From positions 1-63,789 of IMG/VR virus record IMGVR_UViG_3300027865_000008: 63,789 bases of DNA. One strand, given 5' to 3'. Of this stretch, positions 54,313-63,320 are shown piece after piece; the first letter of the stretch is position 1; the number at the start of each line of letters is the position of its first letter. This DNA is from a virus (taxonomy: Duplodnaviria > Caudoviricetes). The notes below the pieces were generated by a model. The model was not told the DNA's origin, did no database searches, and worked only from the letters and a program-made list of their open reading frames with translations. The translations under genes were made by a program, and so were the position numbers.

Positions 54313-54994
54313 TATCACGTCTCATAAGCTTTTCCCTTCTGCAAAGTTGGTATGTATAGAGGAAGAAGAGCGGTTATATAGAAATCACGGATTAGAAACG
54401 GTAATAATTCCTAAGAGTGTTATCGGATTGGGAGCGATAAGAAATTGGTGTCTTGATAATTTCAAGGATAAAACTGTAGTTATGGTAGATGATGATATTA
54501 AACATTTAGCCTGTATCGCACGGGAAAACAGTTTCCGGATTACTGATCCAGATGCGATTCTTCAAATAGTAGAGAATACAGCTCTTTGTGCGGAAGAAGC
54601 AGGTACCGTTTTCTTCGGTTTTAATCAGGCATGGGATGTAAGGAAATATCAGGGTAACAGGCCATTCGCTCTCGTTTGCTGGATAGGTGGTGTTGTAGGT
54701 ATAATCGGTAGGGATTTTCGTTTCGATGAAAATAATAAGTTAAAGGTCGATATAGATTACAGTTTGCAAACGCTGTTGAAAAAACGAATTATATGGACAG
54801 ATAACAGATTTTCATTTGTTCAGATAAGAAATAATAATACGGGTGGAAATGTGCATTTGAGAAGTTTAGATTTGTATGAGAAGGAGATCAAATATTTAAA
54901 AGAAAAGTGGGGAACATATTACAGTGTGAAGCGGACAAGAACCGGGGAAAAAATAGGTATCCGAGTAAAAAGAAAGCAATCTATATTGTTATAG
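54275..54994 (+). CDS. GT-A glycosyltransferase (TET-associated / GREB1-like family)
   Basis: I.SRGR, E...Y, G....RNW, VMVDDDI, FD....K.D.D..LQ, N.GG, L..KWG. Confidence 0.7.
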   Translation: MIILILSRGRVNSITSHKLFPSAKLVCIEEEERLYRNHGLETVIIPKSVIGLGAIRNWCLDNFKDKTVVMVDDDIKHLACIARENSFRITDPDAILQIVENTALCAEEAGTVFFGFNQAWDVRKYQGNRPFALVCWIGGVVGIIGRDFRFDENNKLKVDIDYSLQTLLKKRIIWTDNRFSFVQIRNNNTGGNVHLRSLDLYEKEIKYLKEKWGTYYSVKRTRTGEKIGIRVKRKQSILL

Positions 54995-55001
54995 GTGATT
55001 C

Positions 55002-55433
55002 ATGTGTAAAAAACATAAAAAAGGTAAGGATGGAAAACATCCTGGAGGTCGTCCCAGATGGGAAGTAACTCCTGAAATGCTTGAGGAAATAATCAAGTTA
55101 AATTCTATGCATTGTACTGTTCAAGAAATTGCCGATTGGTACGGAATAAGTAGAGATACATATTATGAGCGGATGAAGGATAACAAAGAGTTTTCCGACG
55201 CTGTAAAAAAAGCTCGTGTAGACGGTAAGTTTTCCCTGCGCCGCTGGCAGTGGAAAGCTGCACAAGACGGTAATATTACTATGCAAATATTTTTAGGTAA
55301 ACAGCCCGATATACTAGGGCAAACAGATAAATGTATAGTTATCGAACGTGATGAAACGAACAAACCACGTCCTCTTGAAAATATGACGGATGAAGAACTT
55401 TTGGAAGATGCGGGTATGGACGAACAATGGTAA
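55002..55433 (+). CDS. terS: Terminase small subunit
   Basis: GRP, HTH (T..EIA..GISR.T.Y), F..A.K, SLRR.Q...A..GN.TM.IFLGK...GQ.D. Confidence 0.8.
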   Translation: MCKKHKKGKDGKHPGGRPRWEVTPEMLEEIIKLNSMHCTVQEIADWYGISRDTYYERMKDNKEFSDAVKKARVDGKFSLRRWQWKAAQDGNITMQIFLGKQPDILGQTDKCIVIERDETNKPRPLENMTDEELLEDAGMDEQW

Positions 55434-56956
55434 CAGTATCGGAACGACCGACAGAAGTTCAAAAAAAAACGGATGCTACACGTAGAGAGATAAGCAGGAG
55501 GCAGCTTCTCCCTTTTACAAAATATACAAAAAGAAATTATCGTGTGCAGTGGTATCACAGATTGATTTGTGAAACACTCGACGATTGGATATCCGGTAAA
55601 ATCAAGCGATTAATGGTCTTTGCTCCCCCTCGTCATGGCAAGTCTGAACTTGTTTCACGCCGCCTTCCTTCGCTCATTTTAGGAATGTATCCTAATGCAA
55701 AAATAATTAGTGCGTCTTATAACATGAATCTTGCGGAAGACATGAATAATGATGTTCAGAAGATTATTGATAGTGAACGTTATAGGTTGCTTTTTCCAAA
55801 AACGACCTTGGCCGGGCAGTCCGCACAAAGGTTCAAACTGGGTGGAAAGTTTACCAGGACTTCTAAACAGTTTCAAATTGTAGGGCATGAAGGTGCATAT
55901 GTATCCGCCGGTGTTGGCACAGGTATTACGGGAAAAGGTTTTGATTTTGGTATTATTGATGACCCTGTAAAAAATAGGCAAGAAGCAGAAAGTGAAACCG
56001 TTAGAAATACCGTTTGGGACTGGTATATGTCTACTTTTGAGAGCCGTCAAGAGGGGGAAGTTCCCATATTAGTAACCGTTACCCGCTGGCATGAGGACGA
56101 TTTAGCAGGACGGTTACTTGCTGCTCAAGAAAAAGGTGGTGAGCATGCTCTAAAATGGAGAATAATAAGGCTTCCAGCGTTGGCAGAGCCGGAAGAAAAT
56201 CTTGATCCGATGGATGTTCGAGAGGGAGAAGGTGAAGCTTTATGGCCGGGGAAATTTTCCAGAAAAGTTTTATTGGGTAGGCGTGCCACCTTAACAGGGT
56301 ACGAATGGGATAGTTTGTACCAACAACGGCCACTCCCCCCAGGCGGTGGAAAAATTAAACGAAAATGGTTCAAAATGAGGGACACTATTCCAGAGGGTTT
56401 GTCATGGAAACGCTTTTGGGATTTAGCCGTTTCTGCGAAAAAAAGTGCAGATTATACGGCTTCAATTGCTGCTGCTTTAGATGCAGAAGGAAATATTTAC
56501 CTGCGTGATATGGTTCGTGGGCAGTGGGAGTGGCCTGATGTAAAAAGGAATATTATTGCCACTGCTCTGACTGAGAAGATACCAATATGTGTAGAAGAAG
56601 GTGGTCAACAAATAGGATTCATTTCACAGCTTCTCGAAGAACCAGAACTCCAGGGGATTAGTGTTACAGGTAGTCGTCCTGATAAAGACAAATTAACTCG
56701 TGCTTTGCCATGGATCGCAAGGGCTGAGGCAGGAAAGATATATTTGATTAATGGTAGTTGGATAAACGAGTTCCTTAACGAATGTCAACATTTTACGGGT
56801 ATATCGGACAAACATGACGATCAAATTGATGCAGTTTCAGGTGTGTACCTGTTGATTGCTCAGGTAAAAGCTGCCGATTGTGGAATTGATGCGTCTCCGG
56901 AAGATTATATGGGTGAACATGAAAGTGTCTGGGGGAATTCTAATTCTCTTTTCTAG
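55427..56956 (+). CDS. terL: Terminase large subunit
   Basis: PPRHGKSEL, ITGKG....IIDDP.K, TRWHEDDLAG, YQQ.P, WDLA, HDDQ.DA. Confidence 0.95.
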   Translation: MVTVSERPTEVQKKTDATRREISRRQLLPFTKYTKRNYRVQWYHRLICETLDDWISGKIKRLMVFAPPRHGKSELVSRRLPSLILGMYPNAKIISASYNMNLAEDMNNDVQKIIDSERYRLLFPKTTLAGQSAQRFKLGGKFTRTSKQFQIVGHEGAYVSAGVGTGITGKGFDFGIIDDPVKNRQEAESETVRNTVWDWYMSTFESRQEGEVPILVTVTRWHEDDLAGRLLAAQEKGGEHALKWRIIRLPALAEPEENLDPMDVREGEGEALWPGKFSRKVLLGRRATLTGYEWDSLYQQRPLPPGGGKIKRKWFKMRDTIPEGLSWKRFWDLAVSAKKSADYTASIAAALDAEGNIYLRDMVRGQWEWPDVKRNIIATALTEKIPICVEEGGQQIGFISQLLEEPELQGISVTGSRPDKDKLTRALPWIARAEAGKIYLINGSWINEFLNECQHFTGISDKHDDQIDAVSGVYLLIAQVKAADCGIDASPEDYMGEHESVWGNSNSLF

Positions 56957-56999
56957 ATGTATACTATCATTTAAGATATTTTATCCATAGGGTACAGAG

Positions 57000-57152
57000 A
57001 TGAAAGATAATTCAAAAAATGTTTCAAAGGAAAAATATGAAAAGCCTATCATTTTAGAAGAAGTTCATATGAATTTTCCTGTTGACCTTATTAAGCAATC
57101 AAATTTTCGATACAGTTGTAAACAGTGCTCTTCCTGCCATGGCTGCCGATGA
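57000..57152 (+). CDS. 50-aa Cys-rich RiPP-precursor-like peptide (not in ORF track)
   Basis: MKDNSKNVSKEKYEKPIILEEVHMNFPVDLIKQSNFRYSCKQCSSCHGCR. Confidence 0.65.
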   Translation: MKDNSKNVSKEKYEKPIILEEVHMNFPVDLIKQSNFRYSCKQCSSCHGCR

Positions 57153-57270
57153 AATATTGCTATTCTCGTAGCATGATTTACAAAGGTTGTCAAATATATT
57201 ATTAGTTGATATAATTAAACATAAGTGTTGATTTGTCCAAATTGGGGATAATGAGTATATAGGTATTTCC

Positions 57271-58728
57271 ATGTTTTTAGAACGTTTGTTCAAAAAAAAT
57301 ATTTCTGCAAGTGTAGAAAAACAGGTAAAAGAAAAACTGGCTGAGGCGATGCCCTTGTTCCAGATGGGTATCGATAGCGACGATTGGCAATATCGAGCGC
57401 TTACAACAAATCCGAATAGAGATTTAAACATTTTCAATCAGGACAGAATGATTGATATCGCCTACTATCTCTATAAAAAAAATCTGACTGCCCGGAGAAT
57501 AATCGATATTACTAAAGATTTTGTTATCGGTGAGGGTATTCAATTTTCGGCTGAGGATGATTCTGTGCAAGAAGTTCTCGATGATTTTTGGAATGATCCT
57601 CTCAATCAATGGGACTTAAAACAAGGTAATAAAGTTGCAGAATTAGGTATATTCGGAGAGCAAATTTATCCAACATTTGTTAATAATGTCGATGGTCATG
57701 TAAGAATCGGATATATTGATCCGAAACAGATTTCAAGAATCGAATACGATGAAGGAAATTGTGAAGTTCCCAGGAAGATATTTTTACGTGCTCGTAAGGA
57801 TGTTGGTGAAGAAAAGTCATTAAGTGTTGTAAATTATGATGACGATCCTAGAAGTAAAACTTACGGGAAATTAGTTGGTGAGTGCTTTTTTTTCGCTGTG
57901 AACAAGGTTTCGAATGCCACTCGTGGTACATCTGATTTGTTTTGTCTTGCAGATTGGCTTGACGGATATGATAAGTTTCTTTTTAACAGACTTGACCGAC
58001 AATCTTTCATGAATGCCTTTGTCTGGGATGTTACGTTAAACACTGCACAGCCCGAAGACATTATAGCCTGGCAAAAAGATCCTAGAAACGGACCACCCAA
58101 ACCAGGTTCGATTCGCGTCCACAATGAGAAAGTAAAGTGGGAGGCTGTAACTCCCAAAATGAGAAGTAATGACGCTTCTGATGAAGGCCGAATGATTAAA
58201 AACCACGTTTTGAGCGGTGCAGGTTTCCCTGAACACTGGTTCGCAGATGGTGGAAATGCAAATAGAGCTACAGCCGGCGAAATGGGTGAACCTACTATTA
58301 AGCAGTTAAAATCCAGGCAAAAATACGTAAAATTTGTTTATACATATATTTTTCAGCATACGATTGATCAAGCGAAAATACACGGAACACTCTCAGCAAA
58401 TGCAAATGAGAAATTTCAAGTAATCATGCCGGAAATATCCGTTAAGGATACTAAGGGGATAGCAACGGCAATGAAGGATATCTCTTCTTCTACGGCAATG
58501 GCTCAGCAATACGGATGGATAACAAGAGAAACCAGTACGAAAATTTTTGCTTCTGTGGCTAATCAATTGGAAAGTGTTGAAATAAATGTTGAAAAAGAAA
58601 TGGTAGCTGTTGAACAAGAAAAAGAAGAGGAAGAGTTCCAAGATTATACGGCAGATGAAAAGAAAAAAGTAAATGAAAAGCCTAAATTAAAAGTGGTTAA
58701 GGAGAAAAAAAACAATGGGAAAAGATAA
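57271..58728 (+). CDS. Portal protein
   Basis: Y..N..A.RII....FV.G.G, FGE, RG.SDL, G.P.HW; between terminase and capsid genes. Confidence 0.85.
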   Translation: MFLERLFKKNISASVEKQVKEKLAEAMPLFQMGIDSDDWQYRALTTNPNRDLNIFNQDRMIDIAYYLYKKNLTARRIIDITKDFVIGEGIQFSAEDDSVQEVLDDFWNDPLNQWDLKQGNKVAELGIFGEQIYPTFVNNVDGHVRIGYIDPKQISRIEYDEGNCEVPRKIFLRARKDVGEEKSLSVVNYDDDPRSKTYGKLVGECFFFAVNKVSNATRGTSDLFCLADWLDGYDKFLFNRLDRQSFMNAFVWDVTLNTAQPEDIIAWQKDPRNGPPKPGSIRVHNEKVKWEAVTPKMRSNDASDEGRMIKNHVLSGAGFPEHWFADGGNANRATAGEMGEPTIKQLKSRQKYVKFVYTYIFQHTIDQAKIHGTLSANANEKFQVIMPEISVKDTKGIATAMKDISSSTAMAQQYGWITRETSTKIFASVANQLESVEINVEKEMVAVEQEKEEEEFQDYTADEKKKVNEKPKLKVVKEKKNNGKR

Positions 58729-59053
58729 AAAGGTAAAAGGGAAAGAAAACGTATCTGTACCAGTACCAGTACAGCCAGAAACAGAAGAGAGGGTGTGTAA
58801 AGCTGCGGATACTGTTGAGATTTTCAAGGAGATTGCAGCAAAAAAAGAAGAGAAAGTTGATACAAAGAAAATGTCAGCTCTTCAAAAAGCTTTAGCTACT
58901 GTTGGAAGAACTGAATCAGATATATTTGACAGCAGATATGTAGGTGCAGAACTTGTATCAATTGTTACAAAAGATGGACGAAATTTATATTTCAATCTGA
59001 AAAAATGCGAACAAGTAGAAAAACAAGCGGTGTATCCTAAAAACCCATTCTAG
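58715..59053 (+). CDS. Hypothetical protein
   Basis: IVTKDG motif; SD AAGGAG. Confidence 0.55.
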   Translation: MGKDKKVKGKENVSVPVPVQPETEERVCKAADTVEIFKEIAAKKEEKVDTKKMSALQKALATVGRTESDIFDSRYVGAELVSIVTKDGRNLYFNLKKCEQVEKQAVYPKNPF

Positions 59054-59140
59054 TATAAGGTGTACTCAGTTTGAGTAACAAATATGTTTTTATATTTTTG
59101 TGTTTTAAAAACGCAAAATTAATTTTTCGGAGGGGTTAGT

Positions 59141-61771
59141 ATGCAGTATACGATAAGTAAACCTCCCAGCAGAATTCGAAAACTCCCCAAACCGGCAAAG
59201 AAAATTTGGATTGAGGCATTTAATTCTATTTTTAAGTCTACTGGAGATTCGAAAAAAGCAATCCATGCAGGTTGGAAAGCTGTTCGGGATGTTGGGTATA
59301 CGGTAAGTAGTGGTGGTAAGTGGGAGAAAACCACAACAGATGATATTCAGCTTTTTGAATTGGCTGCTGCTAAAAAAGAAGATAAAAAAGTAATCGCGGA
59401 AGCGGATGAATTAAGTTTATATCAAAAGAGAAATTTAATCGAGCAAGCCGTTGAGGAAAGGTTCGGACAGTATTCTTGGTCAGTAGAAACTTATGATACG
59501 TATGTCGTAGTAAAAGTTAATACTAATTCCTATTCATGGGATGAGAATAGTTCTCTATTGAAGGTTGATTATACTTTCGCGGACGATTTCAAATCTGTAA
59601 CTCTCGCAACCAATACAACACCTGTTGAGAAAAAAACAGAATACGTTGAAGTGGCGGAAGCGACTTTGCCCGTTAAATTTATAGAGGCAAAAGGTAAGAA
59701 AGGCAGTTGTTATAAAGTTAGATTGATCGCTGCCGGTCTATCATTAAATAATTACAATTATCCGTCAGATGTTTTGAAAGCTGCTGTGCCTCTTTTTGAG
59801 GGTGTCAGAGCGATTGCGCGAAGTGATGAGGATCATGTCAACGATTTAAATACGAATGTAAACAATATCGTCGGTTGGTATGAGAATCCACGTTTCGAAG
59901 ATGATTCTATCGTTGCTGATTTTATGGTTTCAGCGGCGGCTACAAATCTAAAAGTTATGATGAAGGATGCTTGGGATCGTGGTAAACCGGATCTTGTTCA
60001 ACTTAGTATAGTTGCATTGGGTACAGGAGTGATCGTTAAGGGCGATGATGGTTCAGAAATTGTAAATGTCGAATCTCTGGTTTCCGTAAAATCAGTAGAT
60101 ACAATTGTTAATGCGGCTGCGGGTGGTGAGCTTATTGAATTAAGAGCAGCTCATATTCCAGTCACAAACATGGAGGAAAACGAACACATGTTATTAGAAA
60201 AAATTTTGAAATTTCTGGAAGCAAAATTTCCAGAACACTTCAAAAGAATTAAGGATCAAAAAAATGTAGAGGAAGTTACTCAGATTTTCAACGAAGCTAC
60301 AGCAAAAATACCGGAGGTTAGTTTGGATACACCTCCCTCTCCGTCTCCTGCTGCCATAGTTCCAGTTGCGGAAGCCTCAACAGAAGGACAAAGCCTTGCA
60401 GCTGAGACACGGGTTGAATTGACGAAGCTGAGGGAAAGTATTGCCGCTGAACGAAAGGATCTAAAAAAACATGGTTGTGCTTTGATGCTGACAGAGTCAA
60501 TCGCGGCCTCTACACTTCCAGAGCCGATGTTGAGTGCGATTAGAACCCGTTTTGATGGGAAAATTTTTGAAAGAGCGGAATTAGATGCTGAATTTGCTTC
60601 AAATAAAAAGGTTTTGGCACAAATGTCAGAGTCTGGGAATATTACAGGTTTCGGTGAAAATCGTATGGAAATCGGGAAAGAAGAACGTGATAAAGTTCTT
60701 AAAGCTTTTGAAGGGTTTTTTCTCGAAGAGGATGTGGATGAAGTTCCCCGATATGAATCTTTCCGTGAAGCATATAAAGACATTACAGGTGATGTAAAGT
60801 TTACGGGGCAACTCAGGGAGGCCAAAAATCTTCATAAGTTCACTGAGTCAATGACAACTGATAGTTGGACACAGCTGTTGGGAGACTCGATAACGCGAAA
60901 AATGTTGAGAGAGTATAACACTCCTGGATTTGACGATTGGAAAAAAATCGTTTCCGATATCGTTCCTATCAGTGATTTTCGTGATAATAAACGTATGAGA
61001 ATGGGTGGTTATGGCCTTTTGCCGTCTGTTGGGCAAACTGGAACATATAATCCGCTTACAAGTCCTACGGATGAAGAGGCAAATTATGCCATTTCGAAAA
61101 GAGGTGGCTTGGAAGATATTACCTTGGAAATGATAGCAAATGACGATGTTGGAGCTATCAGGCGTGTTCCTAAAAAATTGGGGCGTGCGGCTGCTATCAC
61201 CTTGTACCGTTATATCTTTGATTTTATTCTGAATAACGCTACAACGACATATGATTCTGACGCACTTTTTCATTCCAACCATGGTAATCTTGGTTCAGTG
61301 GCTCTTTCCGCTGTCAGCTTGTTGGCTGCCAAGGTAGCAATGGCAGATCAAGCAGCTTATGGTGCTGCAACAGATATATTAGGGTTAGTACCTAGATATC
61401 TGTGTATTCCGTCTGAGCTTGAGGATGTTGCTCTCAGGCTTACTACCTCTCCCAATGCTATAGCCAATCAAACTCCTCCACTGCGTCAGGGTGATGGTGA
61501 ACCCAATATCCATGCAACATATGGTTTAAAACCGTTAGTAGTTCCTTATTGGACAGATGCTAATAATTGGACATTGGTCTGTAACCCAAAAGATTGTCCT
61601 ACTATCGAAGTGGGTTTTTTCCAGGGCAGGCAGCAACCGGAGCTTTTTGTTCAGGATCAACCAAACGTGGGCAGTATGTTTACTGCTGATAAAATTACCT
61701 ACAAGATCCGTCATATTTATGGTGCCGTTCCTGTAGAACATAGAGGAATGTATAAGGCTGTTGTAGCTTAA
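59141..61771 (+). CDS. ChaB + prohead protease/scaffold + Mu gpT-like major capsid fusion
   Basis: N-terminal LP..A..IW..AFN...A...W.AV; G.S.N...Y, H, GW, LSI, SVD.V..AA.GG; C-terminal KRGG...IT.EMI.NDD, LFH..H.N, IEVGF..G...PE, YK.RH.YG. Confidence 0.9.
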   Translation: MQYTISKPPSRIRKLPKPAKKIWIEAFNSIFKSTGDSKKAIHAGWKAVRDVGYTVSSGGKWEKTTTDDIQLFELAAAKKEDKKVIAEADELSLYQKRNLIEQAVEERFGQYSWSVETYDTYVVVKVNTNSYSWDENSSLLKVDYTFADDFKSVTLATNTTPVEKKTEYVEVAEATLPVKFIEAKGKKGSCYKVRLIAAGLSLNNYNYPSDVLKAAVPLFEGVRAIARSDEDHVNDLNTNVNNIVGWYENPRFEDDSIVADFMVSAAATNLKVMMKDAWDRGKPDLVQLSIVALGTGVIVKGDDGSEIVNVESLVSVKSVDTIVNAAAGGELIELRAAHIPVTNMEENEHMLLEKILKFLEAKFPEHFKRIKDQKNVEEVTQIFNEATAKIPEVSLDTPPSPSPAAIVPVAEASTEGQSLAAETRVELTKLRESIAAERKDLKKHGCALMLTESIAASTLPEPMLSAIRTRFDGKIFERAELDAEFASNKKVLAQMSESGNITGFGENRMEIGKEERDKVLKAFEGFFLEEDVDEVPRYESFREAYKDITGDVKFTGQLREAKNLHKFTESMTTDSWTQLLGDSITRKMLREYNTPGFDDWKKIVSDIVPISDFRDNKRMRMGGYGLLPSVGQTGTYNPLTSPTDEEANYAISKRGGLEDITLEMIANDDVGAIRRVPKKLGRAAAITLYRYIFDFILNNATTTYDSDALFHSNHGNLGSVALSAVSLLAAKVAMADQAAYGAATDILGLVPRYLCIPSELEDVALRLTTSPNAIANQTPPLRQGDGEPNIHATYGLKPLVVPYWTDANNWTLVCNPKDCPTIEVGFFQGRQQPELFVQDQPNVGSMFTADKITYKIRHIYGAVPVEHRGMYKAVVA

Positions 61772-61792
61772 TTTGAGCAGCTTTTGATAGTT

Positions 61793-61826
61793 TTCTCGGT
61801 ATCGGGTTTTATCTCGGTACCGAGAA
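61793..61826 (+). terminator. Strong hairpin after the capsid gene (stabiliser/terminator)
   Basis: TTCTCGGTATCGGG/CTCGGTACCGAGAA. Confidence 0.55.
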
Positions 61827-61863
61827 TTACTGAATAATCAATTTATTAGGAGGTCGAAAGACA

Positions 61864-62280
61864 ATGGGAAATAACTTTTTGGGTGATATCCCCGGTTCAC
61901 ATAGCTACACAGTGGAGACACCAGTTGTAGCCTTGGGTACAGAGTACAAACAGGCAATATGGAAAGCACCCTTTGCATGTACCGTTACATCTGTAAAGAT
62001 TCTTCCACAGGCAGCCGTGACCGGAAATACTACGAATAACTTTTCAGTAAATATCTTGAATGGTGGTCAGGTCGGAACTAGTACAACCAGTGTGGCAGTA
62101 AAAGAGTACAACACAGGTGTAGATTCGGTAGCGCTTACTGAGGAAACGCTTACACTCAGTGGTACAGCGGCGAATTTGGTTTTGGCAGCTGGTGACTGGC
62201 TGGTGTGGAGCAAGACGGAAGATGGTTCTGGGCTTGCTACTGTACATTGTGCAGTAGCAATCGAAGTTACTCCTGTATAG
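61864..62280 (+). CDS. Head decoration-like protein
   Basis: Follows the capsid gene, strong SD AGGAGG, beta-rich (APF...V..V...L.AGD.L). Confidence 0.65.
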   Translation: MGNNFLGDIPGSHSYTVETPVVALGTEYKQAIWKAPFACTVTSVKILPQAAVTGNTTNNFSVNILNGGQVGTSTTSVAVKEYNTGVDSVALTEETLTLSGTAANLVLAAGDWLVWSKTEDGSGLATVHCAVAIEVTPV

Positions 62281-62298
62281 TTTCATAGTTTGATTTGA

Positions 62299-62329
62299 AT
62301 TCCCGGTAGTTTTGTATGCTGCCGGGAAT
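62299..62329 (+). terminator. Hairpin
   Basis: ATTCCCGGTAGT/GCTGCCGGGAAT. Confidence 0.5.
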
Positions 62330-62351
62330 ATTAAAATGTTGGAATTAAAAT

Positions 62352-63101
62352 ATGGAATTAGATCAAGGTCGTAATTTATATAATCGTTATTTTATGCGTT
62401 TTCTTGGTGTTTTTGGAGTACTCGGTACACCAATAGCCAGAGGACATATATCTATTGTACTTACTCCCGATACCAGTGTTAATTTTTCGGCAGGTGAAGA
62501 AATATTTATATCTAATGAAGAAATAGACGAACCTTTTTCGTTCTTTATAAAGTCGAAGGAATCAAATACTCTGTTTTTGGATAGGCCGATTGATAACAAT
62601 TATCTCGTTGGTTCTGTTATCGAAAAAATTACCTCGAATATGGCTAAAAATGGTCTTACCGATAATGCGAGTGTATCTGTTCCAGTAATATTTGAATTAA
62701 GACCCCCCCCCAAGAGAGATTTGTTATTAGCTCGGATAAACTTTGTTATGGAATTAGAAGGGCAACCGTCAGAAAGTGACTTCGGGAATATATCACAGCT
62801 CGAAAATGGTATAGTTTTTAATCAATTAATATCTGGAACACGTCAAACATTATCTCAATGGAAAAAAAATAGTGACATGCGATTAGATACGGGTGGTCCA
62901 GATGTAAAATTTATTTCTGCAAAACTGGGTTATGAGTCAAGTGGTTTAGGTGGCCGATGGACAGTTTCAAAGGTGATGTCAGGTCTGGAGTTATCGCCTG
63001 TTAATAAAGATCGTATAAATATTGATATTCAGGATGATATTTCCGAAATTATATCTTTTCGGGCAAAAGGACAAGGCGCAGTTTCAAGGACACTTAATTA
63101 A
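62352..63101 (+). CDS. Hypothetical virion-associated protein
   Basis: Intact 249-aa ORF in the head module. Confidence 0.6.
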   Translation: MELDQGRNLYNRYFMRFLGVFGVLGTPIARGHISIVLTPDTSVNFSAGEEIFISNEEIDEPFSFFIKSKESNTLFLDRPIDNNYLVGSVIEKITSNMAKNGLTDNASVSVPVIFELRPPPKRDLLLARINFVMELEGQPSESDFGNISQLENGIVFNQLISGTRQTLSQWKKNSDMRLDTGGPDVKFISAKLGYESSGLGGRWTVSKVMSGLELSPVNKDRINIDIQDDISEIISFRAKGQGAVSRTLN

Positions 63102-63113
63102 GAGGTAAAAAGT

Positions 63114-63320
63114 ATGTCAGCTCCAACTTACAATTGTCCATTGTCGGCGAATGCCGCTGGTGCTGGTTCGTCCGATGATGTTTTGACTTGTGCGGAGTTA
63201 CTTGCACTCAATACAAATGCCGGATGTGCTTTGTACGATACGAAAAGCGAGGAATGTATGTTTCGCCAGTCACTTATCGAGATGCAGGAATTTTGGCGAG
63301 GAAAGACACTACCGTCATGA
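63114..63320 (+). CDS. Stand-alone Cys4 module homologous to the C-terminus of 17585..19291
   Basis: YNCPL..NAAG.GS.DD...C...CAL.DTKS..CMFRQ.LI..Q..WRGKTLP; SD GAGGT. Confidence 0.75.
   Translation: MSAPTYNCPLSANAAGAGSSDDVLTCAELLALNTNAGCALYDTKSEECMFRQSLIEMQEFWRGKTLPS

Noticed and set aside
132-62599. Minus-strand ORFs in the ORF track
   Set aside because: Nearly all are shadows of well-supported + strand genes and lack recognisable motifs.
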